This document shows positions 8,718 to 18,624 of a stretch of DNA of 64,000 nucleotides, one piece after another. Source of the DNA: Clostridiales bacterium. Lineage in GTDB: Bacteria; Bacillota; Clostridia; Oscillospirales; Oscillospiraceae. The notes beneath the pieces were generated by a model, which ran no database searches, was not told the DNA's origin, and saw only the letters and a program-made list of their open reading frames with translations. Both the position numbers and the translations under genes were made by a program. The stretch spans positions 1,288 through 65,287 of the forward strand of contig JAHZGF010000003.1 of assembly GCA_019420945.1 (NCBI GenBank), written 5' to 3'. Position 1 is the first letter of the stretch. Every line of letters starts with the position of its first letter.

Positions 8718-10856
8718 ATGAAGAGACGAATGCTGGCAACAGTGCTGTCGCTGATGATGCTGCTGGGACTGATGATCCCGGCGGCCTCCGCCAAGGACGG
8801 CACAGGACCCAGCCTGACGGTGACTGCCTCGGAGACCACGGTTCACCCCGGGGATGTGGTCACCTACACCATTACCATGGGGCCGGTCAGTGAGCTGCTG
8901 AGCATGCAGCTGCAGGTAGATCTGCCTGAGGGCCTGACCTATGTGGAGAAATCCGGCAAGCTGGATGACCAGCTCAGCGATAAGCTGCAGTTTGACGGTC
9001 TGCCCATCACCTGGACGGAAAAGAGCCTTGTCATCAACGGCGCTGGCCTGTACAACAACTACACCAGCGATCAGGACACGGTGCTGGCCACCTTCCAGTG
9101 CCGGGTGGATGAGGACGCCTCCGGTGAGCTGGCCGTAGGTCTGACCTATCTGGAATTTGTCTGCGGCACGTTCGTAAACAACGATTATTACGATGTGACG
9201 GACTCTGTCCAGGTGGTTCCCGCCCAGATGAATGTGGTGGTGCCGGTCACCGGCATCACCCTGACCCCGGACACCCTCACCCTGGAGCAGGGCGAGACCG
9301 AAACCCTGACCGCCAACGTGCTGCCGGCCACCGCCAGCAACCAGGGGGTCAACTACACCACCAGCAACCCTGACGTGGCCACCGTGGATCCTGATGGCAC
9401 CGTTCACGCGGTGGGCGAGGGCCAGGCCACCATTACCGCCACCACCGCTGACGGGGGCTTCAGCGCCACCTGCGCCGTGACCGTGCCCCATCAGCACAGC
9501 TTCGGCCAGGATTGGGCCCATGATGACCAGAACCACTGGCATGAGTGTGTCTCCGGCGACGGCGCCACCGACAGCGTGGCCCCCCACACCGGCGGCACCG
9601 CCACCTGTGAGCAGCAGGCGGTCTGCGAGGTCTGCGGCGCCCCCTACGGCGAGCTGGCCGACCACACCCTGAACCATGTGGAGCGGGTGGATGCCACCCA
9701 CTTCGCCCCCGGCCACATCGAGTACTGGGAGTGCTCCGTGTGCCACAAGCTGTTCCAGGACGCTGACGGCAAGGTGGAGATCAGCCAGGAGGACACCGTG
9801 CTGCCCCAGATCCCCCACGACTACGGCACCGACTGGGTCACCGACGCCGACAACCACTGGCATGCCTGCGGCTGCGGCAACATCATTGACGTGGGCCAGC
9901 ACAGCTTTACCTGGGTGGTGGACCAGGAAGCCACCGAGGAGACCACCGGTCTGAAGCACGAGGAGTGCACCATCTGCGGCTACCGCCGCAATGAAGGCAC
10001 CGTCATCGACAAGCTGGACCATGAGCTGACCTTCCACCCCATGGTGGAGGCCACCTGTGTCCAGGAGGGCAACGTGGCCTATTACAGCTGCGCCAACTGC
10101 AGCCGGAACTTTGCCGATGAAGATGCCACCCAGGTGCTGACCGACGTGGTGATCCCGAAGAATCCCGACCACCACACCGGCAAGACCCTGGTAAAGGACG
10201 CTGAGGAGGCCACCTGCACCGAGGATGGCTACACCGGCGATACCTACTGCGCCGACTGCGGCGTAATGCTCCAGTCCGGCACCGTGATTTACGCCACCGG
10301 CCACAGCCTGGAGCATGTGGCCCGGCTGGAGCCCACCCACGCCGCCCCCGGTCACATGGAGTACTGGCAGTGCACCACCTGCCAGGCCCTGTTCGCCGAT
10401 GAGGAGGGCATGGAGCCCGTGAGCGCTGAGGATGTGGTGCTGGCTCAGATCCCCCACAGCTTCGGCGAGGCCTGGGTGTCTGATGGCACCGGCCACTGGC
10501 ATGTGTGCTCCTGCGGCGCCAAGAGCCAGGCAGAGGCCCATACCTTTGGCGACTGGAAGACCACCCAGGAGGCCACCGAGACCGCTGCCGGCAGCCGCGA
10601 GCGGGTTTGCGCCCAGTGCGGCTATGTGGAGACCCAGGTGGTTGCCCCTCTGGCCCCCAGCGGCGGTGACTCCGACGCCAACGGCGGCAGCCAGAACACC
10701 GGCGACCAGACCAGTCAGGACAGCCAGTCCAAGGGCGATTCCCCCAAGACCGGGGATGAGAGCCTGATGGGCGTCTGCCTGGTGGCCGTGGTGCTGGCCG
10801 GCGGAGGGCTGGTTACCCTCACCCTGATGAGCAAAAAGCGGCGGGAGAACCGCTAA
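8718..10856 (+). CDS. Cell-wall-anchored surface protein: cohesin-like domain, Big_2 domain, Cys/His-rich repeats and an SPKTG sorting signal
   Basis: A signal peptide is present. The cohesin-like segment is TVTASETTVHPGDVVTYTI...VLATFQCRVDEDASGELAVGL. The Big_2 segment is ITLTPDTLTLEQGETETLTANVLP...ATITATT. HWH-x-C-x-CG modules are repeated. The C-terminus has SPKTGD, a hydrophobic helix and KKRRENR. Confidence 0.75.
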   Translation: MKRRMLATVLSLMMLLGLMIPAASAKDGTGPSLTVTASETTVHPGDVVTYTITMGPVSELLSMQLQVDLPEGLTYVEKSGKLDDQLSDKLQFDGLPITWTEKSLVINGAGLYNNYTSDQDTVLATFQCRVDEDASGELAVGLTYLEFVCGTFVNNDYYDVTDSVQVVPAQMNVVVPVTGITLTPDTLTLEQGETETLTANVLPATASNQGVNYTTSNPDVATVDPDGTVHAVGEGQATITATTADGGFSATCAVTVPHQHSFGQDWAHDDQNHWHECVSGDGATDSVAPHTGGTATCEQQAVCEVCGAPYGELADHTLNHVERVDATHFAPGHIEYWECSVCHKLFQDADGKVEISQEDTVLPQIPHDYGTDWVTDADNHWHACGCGNIIDVGQHSFTWVVDQEATEETTGLKHEECTICGYRRNEGTVIDKLDHELTFHPMVEATCVQEGNVAYYSCANCSRNFADEDATQVLTDVVIPKNPDHHTGKTLVKDAEEATCTEDGYTGDTYCADCGVMLQSGTVIYATGHSLEHVARLEPTHAAPGHMEYWQCTTCQALFADEEGMEPVSAEDVVLAQIPHSFGEAWVSDGTGHWHVCSCGAKSQAEAHTFGDWKTTQEATETAAGSRERVCAQCGYVETQVVAPLAPSGGDSDANGGSQNTGDQTSQDSQSKGDSPKTGDESLMGVCLVAVVLAGGGLVTLTLMSKKRRENR

Positions 10857-10987
10857 ATTCTGCGGCATCAGTGAGTAACAAGCGGCGCGGAAACCGCTAA
10901 ATTCCGCATCGTCCCCCAACAGAGGAAAGGCGGCAGCGGATGAAAATCCGCTGCCGCCGAATTTATCGTTCAACAGGGAGGTAACCC

Positions 10988-11422
10988 ATGACAGAGCAAG
11001 GCAAAAGGATGCGCCGGCAACCCCAAAAGCGGCCCCGGGCCGGAGGGAGCAGAAAGCGTTTGATCCTCGGGGCCTGCGGGGCGGTCATCATTGCCGGGGC
11101 GGCGGGGCTTTTTTGCTGGCTGGGCCCGCTCTCCGGCGGAGCAGTTCCCGAAAGCGGGACCGGGGAAACGCTGACCGGGTCCTGGAGCTATGGTGCCTAC
11201 ACCCGCTACACCTTTGACCCGGACGGCACCGGCAGCATGTGGCTGGAGGAGATGGAATTTCCCTATCAGTACCGGCTGGAGGGAGATCAGCTGTATCTGG
11301 ACTTTGAGAGCGACAAACTGATGGATGCCGCCTACACCTGTACCATGGAAGGGGATACCCTGACCATCCAGGGCGGGCAGGGCACCACCGGGGGCACCTA
11401 TGAACTGTCCCGGACGCCATAA
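10988..11422 (+). CDS. Hypothetical membrane-anchored protein
   Basis: The ORF has a basic N-terminus, one TM helix (LILGACGAVIIAGAAGLFCWL) and a GGAGG-like RBS. No family was recognised. Confidence 0.5.
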   Translation: MTEQGKRMRRQPQKRPRAGGSRKRLILGACGAVIIAGAAGLFCWLGPLSGGAVPESGTGETLTGSWSYGAYTRYTFDPDGTGSMWLEEMEFPYQYRLEGDQLYLDFESDKLMDAAYTCTMEGDTLTIQGGQGTTGGTYELSRTP

Positions 11423-11424
11423 GG

Positions 11425-11460
11425 GCCGGGGGCCGACCGCAGGTCGGCCCCCGGCTTGTC
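11425..11460 (+). terminator. GC-rich hairpin terminator
   Basis: A 14-bp stem (gccgggggccgacc / ggtcggcccccggc) has a 3-nt loop. The T-tract is weak. Confidence 0.55.
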
Positions 11461-11580
11461 TGTATGTGAAAAGGACGGCCCGGGATAGGGCGCAGATTTG
11501 TGGAAAAACCCTCTAGGCATTGGGAGGACAGATGACTATAATAATACGGCTGTAAAAATCTGTGTTTGGAGAGGTGCTGT

Positions 11581-12993
11581 ATGACAAAAGATCTGACGGT
11601 TGGCAGCCCCATGAAGCTGATCCTGCGCTTCGCGCTGCCCACCCTGTTTGGAATGCTGTTCCAGCAGTTTTATAACTTAGTGGACACCATGATCGTGGGC
11701 AAGCTGCTGGGGGCCCAGGCTCTGGCGGCGGTGGGCTCCACCGGCTCCATCAACTTCTTTGTCATCGGCTTCTGTATGGGGGTGTGCAACGGCTTTGCCA
11801 TCCCGGTGGCCCAGCGGATGGGGGCCGGGGAACACTCCAAGATGCGCCGCTATGTGGCCAACGCCGCCTATCTGTCGGTGGTCTTTGCCCTGGTGCTGAC
11901 GGTGGCCACCGGGGTGCTGTGCCGCAGCATCCTGACGGTGATGCGCACGCCTTCCGACATCTTTGCCGACGCCAACGCCTACATCTTCATCATCTTCATG
12001 GGCATCCCCGCCACCTTCCTCTATAATCTGCTGGCGGGCATCATCCGCTCCCTGGGGGACAGCAAGACCCCGGTGTATTTCCTGGCCCTGTCCTCCTTCC
12101 TGAACATCGGCCTGGACTTCGCCCTGATCCTCTGGTTCCGGGCCGGAGTGGCCGGGGCCGCCATCGCCACGGTGGTGTCTCAGGCCATCTCCGGGGTGGC
12201 CTGCCTGGTGTATATGCGCCGGGCCTATCCCATCCTGCGGATGAGCCGGGAGGAGCGGCGGCTGGACGGCCGGTCCTGCAAGGTGCTCTGCGGCATGGGC
12301 ATCCCCATGGGGCTCCAGTACTCCGTCACCGCCATCGGCTCCATCGTCCTCCAGTCCTCCGTCAACGCCCTGGGCAGCCTCTATGTGGCGGCAGTGGCCG
12401 CCGGAGCCAAGCTCTTTCAGCTCTTCGCCTGCCCCTTTGACGCCATGGGGGCCACCATGGCCACCTATTGCGGCCAGAATGTGGGGGCCTGCAAGCTGGA
12501 CCGGCTGGGTCAGGGGGTCCGGGCCTGCGCGCTGCTGGGACTGATCTACTCCCTGGCGGCCCTGGTGGCCATGCTGTTCTTCGCCCCCCAGTTCGCCATG
12601 TTCTTCCTGAACCCCGGCGAGGCCCAGCTGGAGCAGCTGGTAACCCTCACCAGCCGGTATGTCATCGCCTTCACCGCCTTTTTCTTCCCCCTGGCCCTGG
12701 TGAATATCGTCCGGTTCTCCATCCAGGGCATGGGCTTCAGCACCTTCGCCATCCTGGCCGGAGTGCTGGAGATGATTGCCCGGACCGGGGTGGGCTTGTT
12801 CCTGGTGCCCATGTTTGGTTTCACCGCCGCCTGCTTCTCCTCCCCGGCGGCCTGGATCTGCGCCGACCTGTTCCTGATCCCCGCCTGCATGGGCTGCATC
12901 CGCCGTCTGCGGAAAATGTTCCCCAGCAAACCCGATGAGACTCCGGCGGAGCAGGAGGAGGATCAGGTATCTCTGCAACAGGCCCACTGCTGA
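11581..12993 (+). CDS. MATE-family efflux transporter
   Basis: The N-terminal MATE signature is LILRFALPTLFGMLFQQFYNLVDTMIVGKLLG and the protein is polytopic. The start was chosen at MTKDL. Confidence 0.85.
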   Translation: MTKDLTVGSPMKLILRFALPTLFGMLFQQFYNLVDTMIVGKLLGAQALAAVGSTGSINFFVIGFCMGVCNGFAIPVAQRMGAGEHSKMRRYVANAAYLSVVFALVLTVATGVLCRSILTVMRTPSDIFADANAYIFIIFMGIPATFLYNLLAGIIRSLGDSKTPVYFLALSSFLNIGLDFALILWFRAGVAGAAIATVVSQAISGVACLVYMRRAYPILRMSREERRLDGRSCKVLCGMGIPMGLQYSVTAIGSIVLQSSVNALGSLYVAAVAAGAKLFQLFACPFDAMGATMATYCGQNVGACKLDRLGQGVRACALLGLIYSLAALVAMLFFAPQFAMFFLNPGEAQLEQLVTLTSRYVIAFTAFFFPLALVNIVRFSIQGMGFSTFAILAGVLEMIARTGVGLFLVPMFGFTAACFSSPAAWICADLFLIPACMGCIRRLRKMFPSKPDETPAEQEEDQVSLQQAHC

Positions 12994-13017
12994 CCCATCC
13001 TGGATACAACGGATAGT

Positions 13018-13062
13018 AAAACGCCCCGGAGCGGCTTTTCTTTGCCGCTCCGGGGCGTTTTT
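13018..13062 (+). terminator. Rho-independent terminator
   Basis: The stem is aaaacgccccggagcggc / gccgctccggggcgtttt, followed by a T-tract. Confidence 0.85.
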
Positions 13063-13284
13063 GCGGCCGTTTTGGAGGGGGGGCAGCTACGGGAAAAACG
13101 GGGTTTTATTTCGAAATTCGAAGAAATGGAAGGGTTTTTCAGAGACACAGTGCAAAAAAAGTTTACAAAGAGTTCAAATACAAGATATAGACGATGACGT
13201 CTGTAAAGACTATACTTGCAGTTGTGTCCTCGGAGCCCCTTGGGGCGCCCCGGACCCAGACGGAACCAGAAAGAAGGCGGAGAC

Positions 13285-13962
13285 ATGACCCAAGAGGAGC
13301 GCAAGCGCCGCAGCCGGGAGGAGATTTACCAGGTGGCCCTGGAGGAGTTCGGCACCAACGGCTACGAAAAGGTGACCATGGAACGGATCTGTACCGGGCA
13401 CGGCATTTCCAAAGGGATGATGTACCATTACTATGCCAACAAGGACCAGCTGTTTTTGCTGTGTGTGGAGCGGACCTATGGGGATTTGAAAGACTACCTG
13501 GAGCGGGAGTCGGCGCACCTGTCCCGGAAAAATCCGGTGGAGGCCATCAAGGGCTTTTTCCAGCTCCGGGAGGGATTTTTTCAGCGCAACCCCCTCCAAC
13601 AGGGGATCTTTGAGGCGGCGGCCTTCCGGCCTCCCAACCACCTGCTGGAGCAGATCCGGCAATTGCAGGCCCCGGTCCGGGCCCTGAACATCCAGTTCTT
13701 ACAGGGGCTTATGGAGCGCTGTCAGCTCCGGCCCGGGCTGGAGCAGGAGCAGGTGGCCCGGTATCTGGAGGTGGCTGAGGCCATCTTTCGCCACAGCTGG
13801 CAAAGCTGCGGACAGGGGGCGGGGCAGCCCGACCTCCACCGGGCCATGGAGCGGGCCGGGGAGCTGACGGATTTTATTCTCTTCGGCGTGCTGCGGCAGC
13901 CGGCGGAGGAAACCGCCCTGGCCCCCGCACCGGAAAAGATCACAGAGGACAAGGAGTGCTGA
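13285..13962 (+). CDS. TetR/AcrR-family transcriptional regulator
   Basis: The N-terminal HTH is IYQVALEEFGTNGYEKVTMERICTGHGISKGMMYHYYANKDQLF. The gene sits directly upstream of an ABC exporter pair. Confidence 0.85.
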   Translation: MTQEERKRRSREEIYQVALEEFGTNGYEKVTMERICTGHGISKGMMYHYYANKDQLFLLCVERTYGDLKDYLERESAHLSRKNPVEAIKGFFQLREGFFQRNPLQQGIFEAAAFRPPNHLLEQIRQLQAPVRALNIQFLQGLMERCQLRPGLEQEQVARYLEVAEAIFRHSWQSCGQGAGQPDLHRAMERAGELTDFILFGVLRQPAEETALAPAPEKITEDKEC

Positions 13963-13963
13963 T

Positions 13964-15724
13964 ATGCTGAAATTACTTCGTACCATGCGGCGGCGGGAGT
14001 GGCTCATGGCCCTCGTCTGCAGTCTGCTGATTCTGGGCCAGATCTACTTTGACCTGTCCCTGCCCGACTATATGAGCGATTTGACGGTGCTGATCAAGAC
14101 CCCGGGCAGCACCCTCTCCGACGTGCTGCACACCGGGGCCCAGATGCTGGGCTGCGCCCTGGGCAGCGCCGTGCTGTGCATCATCTGCGGATTTCTCACC
14201 GCCAAGGTGGCCGCCGGATTCAGCTATTCCATCCGGCAGCGGGTATTTCGGAAGATCGCGGACTTTGGACAGCAGGAGATGATGTCCTTCTCGGTGCCCA
14301 GCCTCATCAACCGCACCACCAACGATATCACCCAGATTCAGATGCTGGTGTCCATGGGCCTTCAGATTCTGGTGAAGTCCCCCATCATGGCGGTGTGGGC
14401 CATCATCAAGATTGTGGGCAAGAGCTGGACCCTCTCCGCCATCACCGCAGGATTTGTGGTGGCCCTGCTGGCCATGATGGCGGTGATCATCCGGGTTGTG
14501 GTGCCCAGATTCCGCCGGGTTCAGAAGCTGATGGACCACATCAACCTGGTGGCCCGGGAGAACCTGAACGGCATCAACGTGGTTCACGCCTACAATGCCG
14601 AGGACTATCAGAACGAGAAGTTCCGGAAGGGCAATGAGACCCTGAAAAACACCCAGCTGTTCAACCAGCGGGCCTTTGCCTTCCTGATGCCCGGGGTGAC
14701 CCTGGCCATGAACGCCCTGTCTCTGGTGATCTACTGGGTGGGGGCTGCCATTGTCAATGCGGTGCCCGCCGCCGACCCGGCGGCCCGGCTGGCCACCTTC
14801 AGCGACATCGTGGTCTTTGGCACCTATGCCACCTATGTCATCATGACCATTATGATGATGGTCATGATCATCATGCTGATGCCCGCCGCCCAGGTGTCCG
14901 CCCAGCGGATCAATGAGGTGCTGAGCACCACCGTCTCCCTGGAGCAGGGGGAGAAAACCCAGTCCCCGGAGACCGGCACCGTGGAGTTCCGGGATGTCAG
15001 CTTCCACTATCCCACCTCGGAAAAGGATGTGCTGGAGCACATCAGCTTCCGGGCCCGGAAGGGGGAGACGGTGGCCTTTATCGGCGCCACCGGCAGCGGC
15101 AAGACCACCCTGGTGAGCCTGGTGGCCCGGTTCTATGACGCCACCCAGGGCCAGGTGCTGGTGGACGGGGTGGACGTGAAGGACTACACCTTCGACGCCC
15201 TCTATGACCGCATCGGCTATGTGACCCAGAAGGCCATTCTGTTCTCCGGCGACATCCAGGAAAATGTGCTCTTTGGCGAGAGCCGGGGCGGCGGCACCGA
15301 GGAAGAGGTGCGCCAGGCCCTGGAGCTGGCCCAGGCCAGCGAGTTTGTGGACAAGCTGCCCCTGGGGATCCACGCCCCCATTGCCGAGGGGGGCACCAAC
15401 GTCTCCGGCGGCCAGAAGCAGCGGCTGTCCATCGCCCGGGCCCTGGCCCGGAAGCCGGAGATCCTGGTGTTTGACGACTCCTTCTCCGCCCTGGACTACC
15501 GCACCGACGCCCAGCTTCGGGCGGGGCTGGCCCGGGAGCTGAAGGACACCACCTGTCTCATCGTGGCCCAGCGGATCGGCACCATCCGGAACGCGGACCG
15601 GATCATCGTACTGGACGAGGGCAAGATGGTGGGTATGGGCACCCACCAGGAGCTGATGCAGTCCTGCCCCGTCTATCAGGAAATCGCCCGCTCTCAGCTC
15701 TCTCAGGAAGAGCTGGGGGCTTAA
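13964..15724 (+). CDS. ABC transporter permease/ATP-binding protein (type I exporter half-transporter)
   Basis: An N-terminal 6-TM domain is followed by Walker A GATGSGKTT, the signature VSGGQKQRLSIARAL and Walker B ILVFDDS. Confidence 0.9.
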   Translation: MLKLLRTMRRREWLMALVCSLLILGQIYFDLSLPDYMSDLTVLIKTPGSTLSDVLHTGAQMLGCALGSAVLCIICGFLTAKVAAGFSYSIRQRVFRKIADFGQQEMMSFSVPSLINRTTNDITQIQMLVSMGLQILVKSPIMAVWAIIKIVGKSWTLSAITAGFVVALLAMMAVIIRVVVPRFRRVQKLMDHINLVARENLNGINVVHAYNAEDYQNEKFRKGNETLKNTQLFNQRAFAFLMPGVTLAMNALSLVIYWVGAAIVNAVPAADPAARLATFSDIVVFGTYATYVIMTIMMMVMIIMLMPAAQVSAQRINEVLSTTVSLEQGEKTQSPETGTVEFRDVSFHYPTSEKDVLEHISFRARKGETVAFIGATGSGKTTLVSLVARFYDATQGQVLVDGVDVKDYTFDALYDRIGYVTQKAILFSGDIQENVLFGESRGGGTEEEVRQALELAQASEFVDKLPLGIHAPIAEGGTNVSGGQKQRLSIARALARKPEILVFDDSFSALDYRTDAQLRAGLARELKDTTCLIVAQRIGTIRNADRIIVLDEGKMVGMGTHQELMQSCPVYQEIARSQLSQEELGA

Positions 15725-15736
15725 GGAGGGATCGCT

Positions 15737-17536
15737 ATGGCAAATATGATGCACGGCCGGATGGCGCCGGCCCAGAGGAGTAAGCGGGGCGTCATGGGAA
15801 TGCTCCGGGAACTGTTCAACTACTCCAGCAAGCTGAAACTGCCCACGGTGATCTCCCTGATCTTCGCGGCGGTGGGGGCCATCCTCACCATTCTGGGGCC
15901 CAATCTGCTGAGCCGGATCACCGACCTGATCTCCAACGCCCTTTTTGGCCAGATCGACCTGGCCGCCATCGGAAAGCTGGGAGGCGTGCTGCTGGCCATC
16001 TATGTGGTCAGCGCCATCTTCACCTATGTGGAGCACTATATCATGGCCACCGTCACCCTGGACCTGTCCCGGGATCTGCGGCAGGACCTGTCCCGGAAGA
16101 TCAACCGGGTGCCCATGAGCTATTTCAACAAGGTGTCCTACGGCGACATTTTGAGCCGGGTCACCAACGACGTCAGCACCCTGCAGCAGGCCATGGCCAA
16201 CAGCCTGCCCTCCATCATCAGTGCCGGGGCCCAGTTTGTGGGCTGCCTGGTGATGATGTTTCTCACCGAGTGGCGGATGGCCCTGGCCGCCATCGGGGTC
16301 ACCTTCCTGGGCTTTTTGGCCATGGCTCTGGTCATGCGCCGGTCCCAGAAGTACTTTGTCCAGCGGCAGCGGAACCTGAGCACCCTGAACGGCTACATTG
16401 AGGAGATGTACTCCGGCCACGACGTGGTGCGTATCTCCCGGGCCAATGAGAAGATCAAGGACACCTTCGGCCAGATGAACGATAAGCTCTACGACGCCGA
16501 GTGGCGCAGCCAGTTCCTCTCGGGCATCATGCAGCCCCTGATGACGGTGGTGGGCAACCTGGGCTATGTGGTGGTCTGTGTGCTGGGCTCCGCCCTGGCC
16601 ATGGAGGGCCAGATCTCCTTTGGCGTCATCGTGGCCTTCATCCTCTACGTCCGGCTGTTCACCTCCCCCCTGAGCACCCTGGCCCAGGGCATGACCCAGA
16701 TGCAGACCGCCGCCGCCGCCGGAGACCACATCTTCGATTTCCTGCAGGAGGAGGAGCTCTCCGACGAGACCGGCAAGGGCTCTGCGCCGGAACACATCCG
16801 GGGCGAGGTGGAGTTCGATCACGTCCGCTTCAGCTATCCGGACACCCCGGATAAGGTCATCATCAAGGACTTTTCCGCCCACATCCAGCCCGGCCAGAAG
16901 GTGGCCATCGTGGGCCCCACCGGCGCCGGCAAGACCACCCTGGTGAACCTGCTGATGCGGTTCTTCGAGATCAACAGCGGCAGCATCAAGATCGACGGGG
17001 TTTCCACCGCCGAGATGACCCGGGAGAGCGTCCACGACCTGTTCAGCATGGTGCTCCAGGACACCTGGCTTTTTGAGGGCACGGTGCGGGAAAACCTGGT
17101 CTACAACAAGGCCGGAGTCACCGACCAGCAGCTGGAGGAGGCCTGCCGGGCCTGCGGTATCTACCACTTTATTGAGACCCTGCCCCAGGGCTTCGACACG
17201 GTGCTGGATGACAGCATTGCCATCTCCGCCGGCCAGAAACAGCTGCTGACCATCGCCCGGGCCATGATTCAGGATAACCCCATGCTGATCCTGGACGAGG
17301 CCACCTCCTCGGTGGACACCCGCACCGAGATGATCACCCAGAGGGCCATGGACCGGCTGACGGAGCACCGCACCAGCTTTGTCATCGCCCACCGGCTCTC
17401 CACCATCAAGAACGCCGATTTGATCCTGGTGCTGAAGGACGGCGACATCATCGAGCAGGGCAGTCATGATCAACTGCTGGCTCAGGGGGGCTTCTATGCC
17501 GACCTCTATAACAGCCAGTTTGATCAGGCCTCCTGA
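15737..17536 (+). CDS. ABC transporter permease/ATP-binding protein (heterodimer partner)
   Basis: A TM domain is followed by Walker A GPTGAGKTT, the signature SAGQKQLLTIARAM and Walker B LILDEATS. Confidence 0.9.
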   Translation: MANMMHGRMAPAQRSKRGVMGMLRELFNYSSKLKLPTVISLIFAAVGAILTILGPNLLSRITDLISNALFGQIDLAAIGKLGGVLLAIYVVSAIFTYVEHYIMATVTLDLSRDLRQDLSRKINRVPMSYFNKVSYGDILSRVTNDVSTLQQAMANSLPSIISAGAQFVGCLVMMFLTEWRMALAAIGVTFLGFLAMALVMRRSQKYFVQRQRNLSTLNGYIEEMYSGHDVVRISRANEKIKDTFGQMNDKLYDAEWRSQFLSGIMQPLMTVVGNLGYVVVCVLGSALAMEGQISFGVIVAFILYVRLFTSPLSTLAQGMTQMQTAAAAGDHIFDFLQEEELSDETGKGSAPEHIRGEVEFDHVRFSYPDTPDKVIIKDFSAHIQPGQKVAIVGPTGAGKTTLVNLLMRFFEINSGSIKIDGVSTAEMTRESVHDLFSMVLQDTWLFEGTVRENLVYNKAGVTDQQLEEACRACGIYHFIETLPQGFDTVLDDSIAISAGQKQLLTIARAMIQDNPMLILDEATSSVDTRTEMITQRAMDRLTEHRTSFVIAHRLSTIKNADLILVLKDGDIIEQGSHDQLLAQGGFYADLYNSQFDQAS

Positions 17537-17593
17537 GGGGAAACCGGAATACCGAAGAAGAAACAGCGGGTGGCCTGTTTTCATTGGGCACAG

Positions 17594-17633
17594 AAAAAGC
17601 GGTGGGATTGATTTATTATCCCACCGCTTTTTT
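17594..17633. terminator. Bidirectional rho-independent terminator at the G+C composition break
   Basis: The structure is aaaaagcggtggga / tcccaccgctttttt. It lies between the convergent ABC and GNAT genes. Confidence 0.85.
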
Positions 17634-17667
17634 GAGGTTAAAAGAAGTCCAATTTATTAGAGATTGC

Positions 17668-18198
17668 TCACTCGTTCCATTCGTGGCTGAGAATTCGCAT
17701 CATAATAAAATCGCTGTACTCATTGTTATAGTAATATGCCTCTTCCAAAATGCCTTCCTGCTTAAAACCGATTTTCTTATAGAATTCCAGCGCATCTGTA
17801 TTTAATCCCACGACTCCAATTGAGACACGATGCATTTCATACTCATGGAAGGCCATATCAAGCATGATGCGAATTGCCTCTGTCCCGTATCCTTTATGCT
17901 GCATCTTGGGGTCGGGAATGATAATCGTCAGATCGGTTTGATGCCATGCAGGGAACATACGCAGCAGACCAGTCTCACCAATGATATTGCCCTCCAGGTC
18001 TGTAATGGTGAACCAGACCGAGTCTTGCGATCTATGGTTGACGTTAATACAAGTTTTCATCTCTTCTTCATTGGTGGGTTTCTCAAAACCGCATTGAAAC
18101 ATGACTTGCGGCTGATTGAACCAATAGGCATAAAATGGCGCATCTTCTTCTCGCTGCTCACGCAAAATAATGTTTTTTCCTCTGATTTCTTGATTCAT
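17668..18198 (-). CDS. GNAT-family N-acetyltransferase (RimJ/RimL-like)
   Basis: The acetyl-CoA binding region is KGYGTEAIRIMLDMAFHEYEMHRVSIGVVGLNTDALEFYKKIGF. This is the first A+T-rich gene after the composition break. Confidence 0.8.
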   Translation of the reverse strand: MNQEIRGKNIILREQREEDAPFYAYWFNQPQVMFQCGFEKPTNEEEMKTCINVNHRSQDSVWFTITDLEGNIIGETGLLRMFPAWHQTDLTIIIPDPKMQHKGYGTEAIRIMLDMAFHEYEMHRVSIGVVGLNTDALEFYKKIGFKQEGILEEAYYYNNEYSDFIMMRILSHEWNE

Positions 18199-18334
18199 AT
18201 CGTTCCGTAAACCTTTCTTTTATCCCTAAAATGTCGTGATTTGTATGTTGATTTCATATTATAGCATAGAAAGCTGGGAAAAGAAAACGATCTGCCTATG
18301 GACAATCTCACAGCTGTTTGTCAGATGAAAAAAG

Positions 18335-18369
18335 AAAACCGCTGATTTCTTGCGAAATCAGCGGTTTTT
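18335..18369. terminator. Hairpin terminator, a near-copy of the 1028-1065 hairpin
   Basis: The stem is ccgctgatttc / gaaatcagcgg with A- and T-tracts. Relative to the 1034-1059 hairpin it differs by a compensatory C>T / G>A pair. Confidence 0.7.
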
Positions 18370-18583
18370 ATGGCATACCTACCGCTCGTGGATACAATGC
18401 ACCATGTTTTGAAAACGTGGTGCATAATTTTGTGGGGTCGGTTTTGATGCGCTGGGACAATGAGGACAGAAAGGACAAAATGCGGAATGCTCTCCCAGAA
18501 GTCTTCTCTCTGCCGTTCCGGAAGCTTTCTGTCGGCAGATTATATCTGGGATGTTTCTTGAAAATGTACGGAAGCAAAGCACC

Positions 18584-18604
18584 AAAACGCACGCGTGCGT
18601 TTTT
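18584..18604 (-). terminator. Palindrome aaaacgcacgcgtgcgtttt downstream of the AlbA_2 gene (terminator and/or operator)
   Basis: The 20-bp core is perfectly self-complementary with flanking A/T tracts. It starts about 20 nt after the stop codon of the minus-strand gene. Confidence 0.5.
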
Positions 18605-18624
18605 AACACACGCGTGCGTTTTCG

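Noticed and set aside
6237-10973. A 1578-aa ORF lies on the minus strand. Similar very long antisense ORFs occur at 127-1110, 2413-3273, 3955-5898, 11677-12987 and 13973-17584 in the backbone, and at 39051-40358, 41136-42464, 42283-43497 and 60612-61760 in the more G+C-rich mobile-element genes.
   Set aside because: Each lies exactly antisense to a sense-strand gene with clear family motifs and an RBS. Their translations are low-complexity G/A/R/H/P/L-rich strings with no recognisable domain. Stop codons are simply rare on the antisense strand of GC-rich coding DNA.
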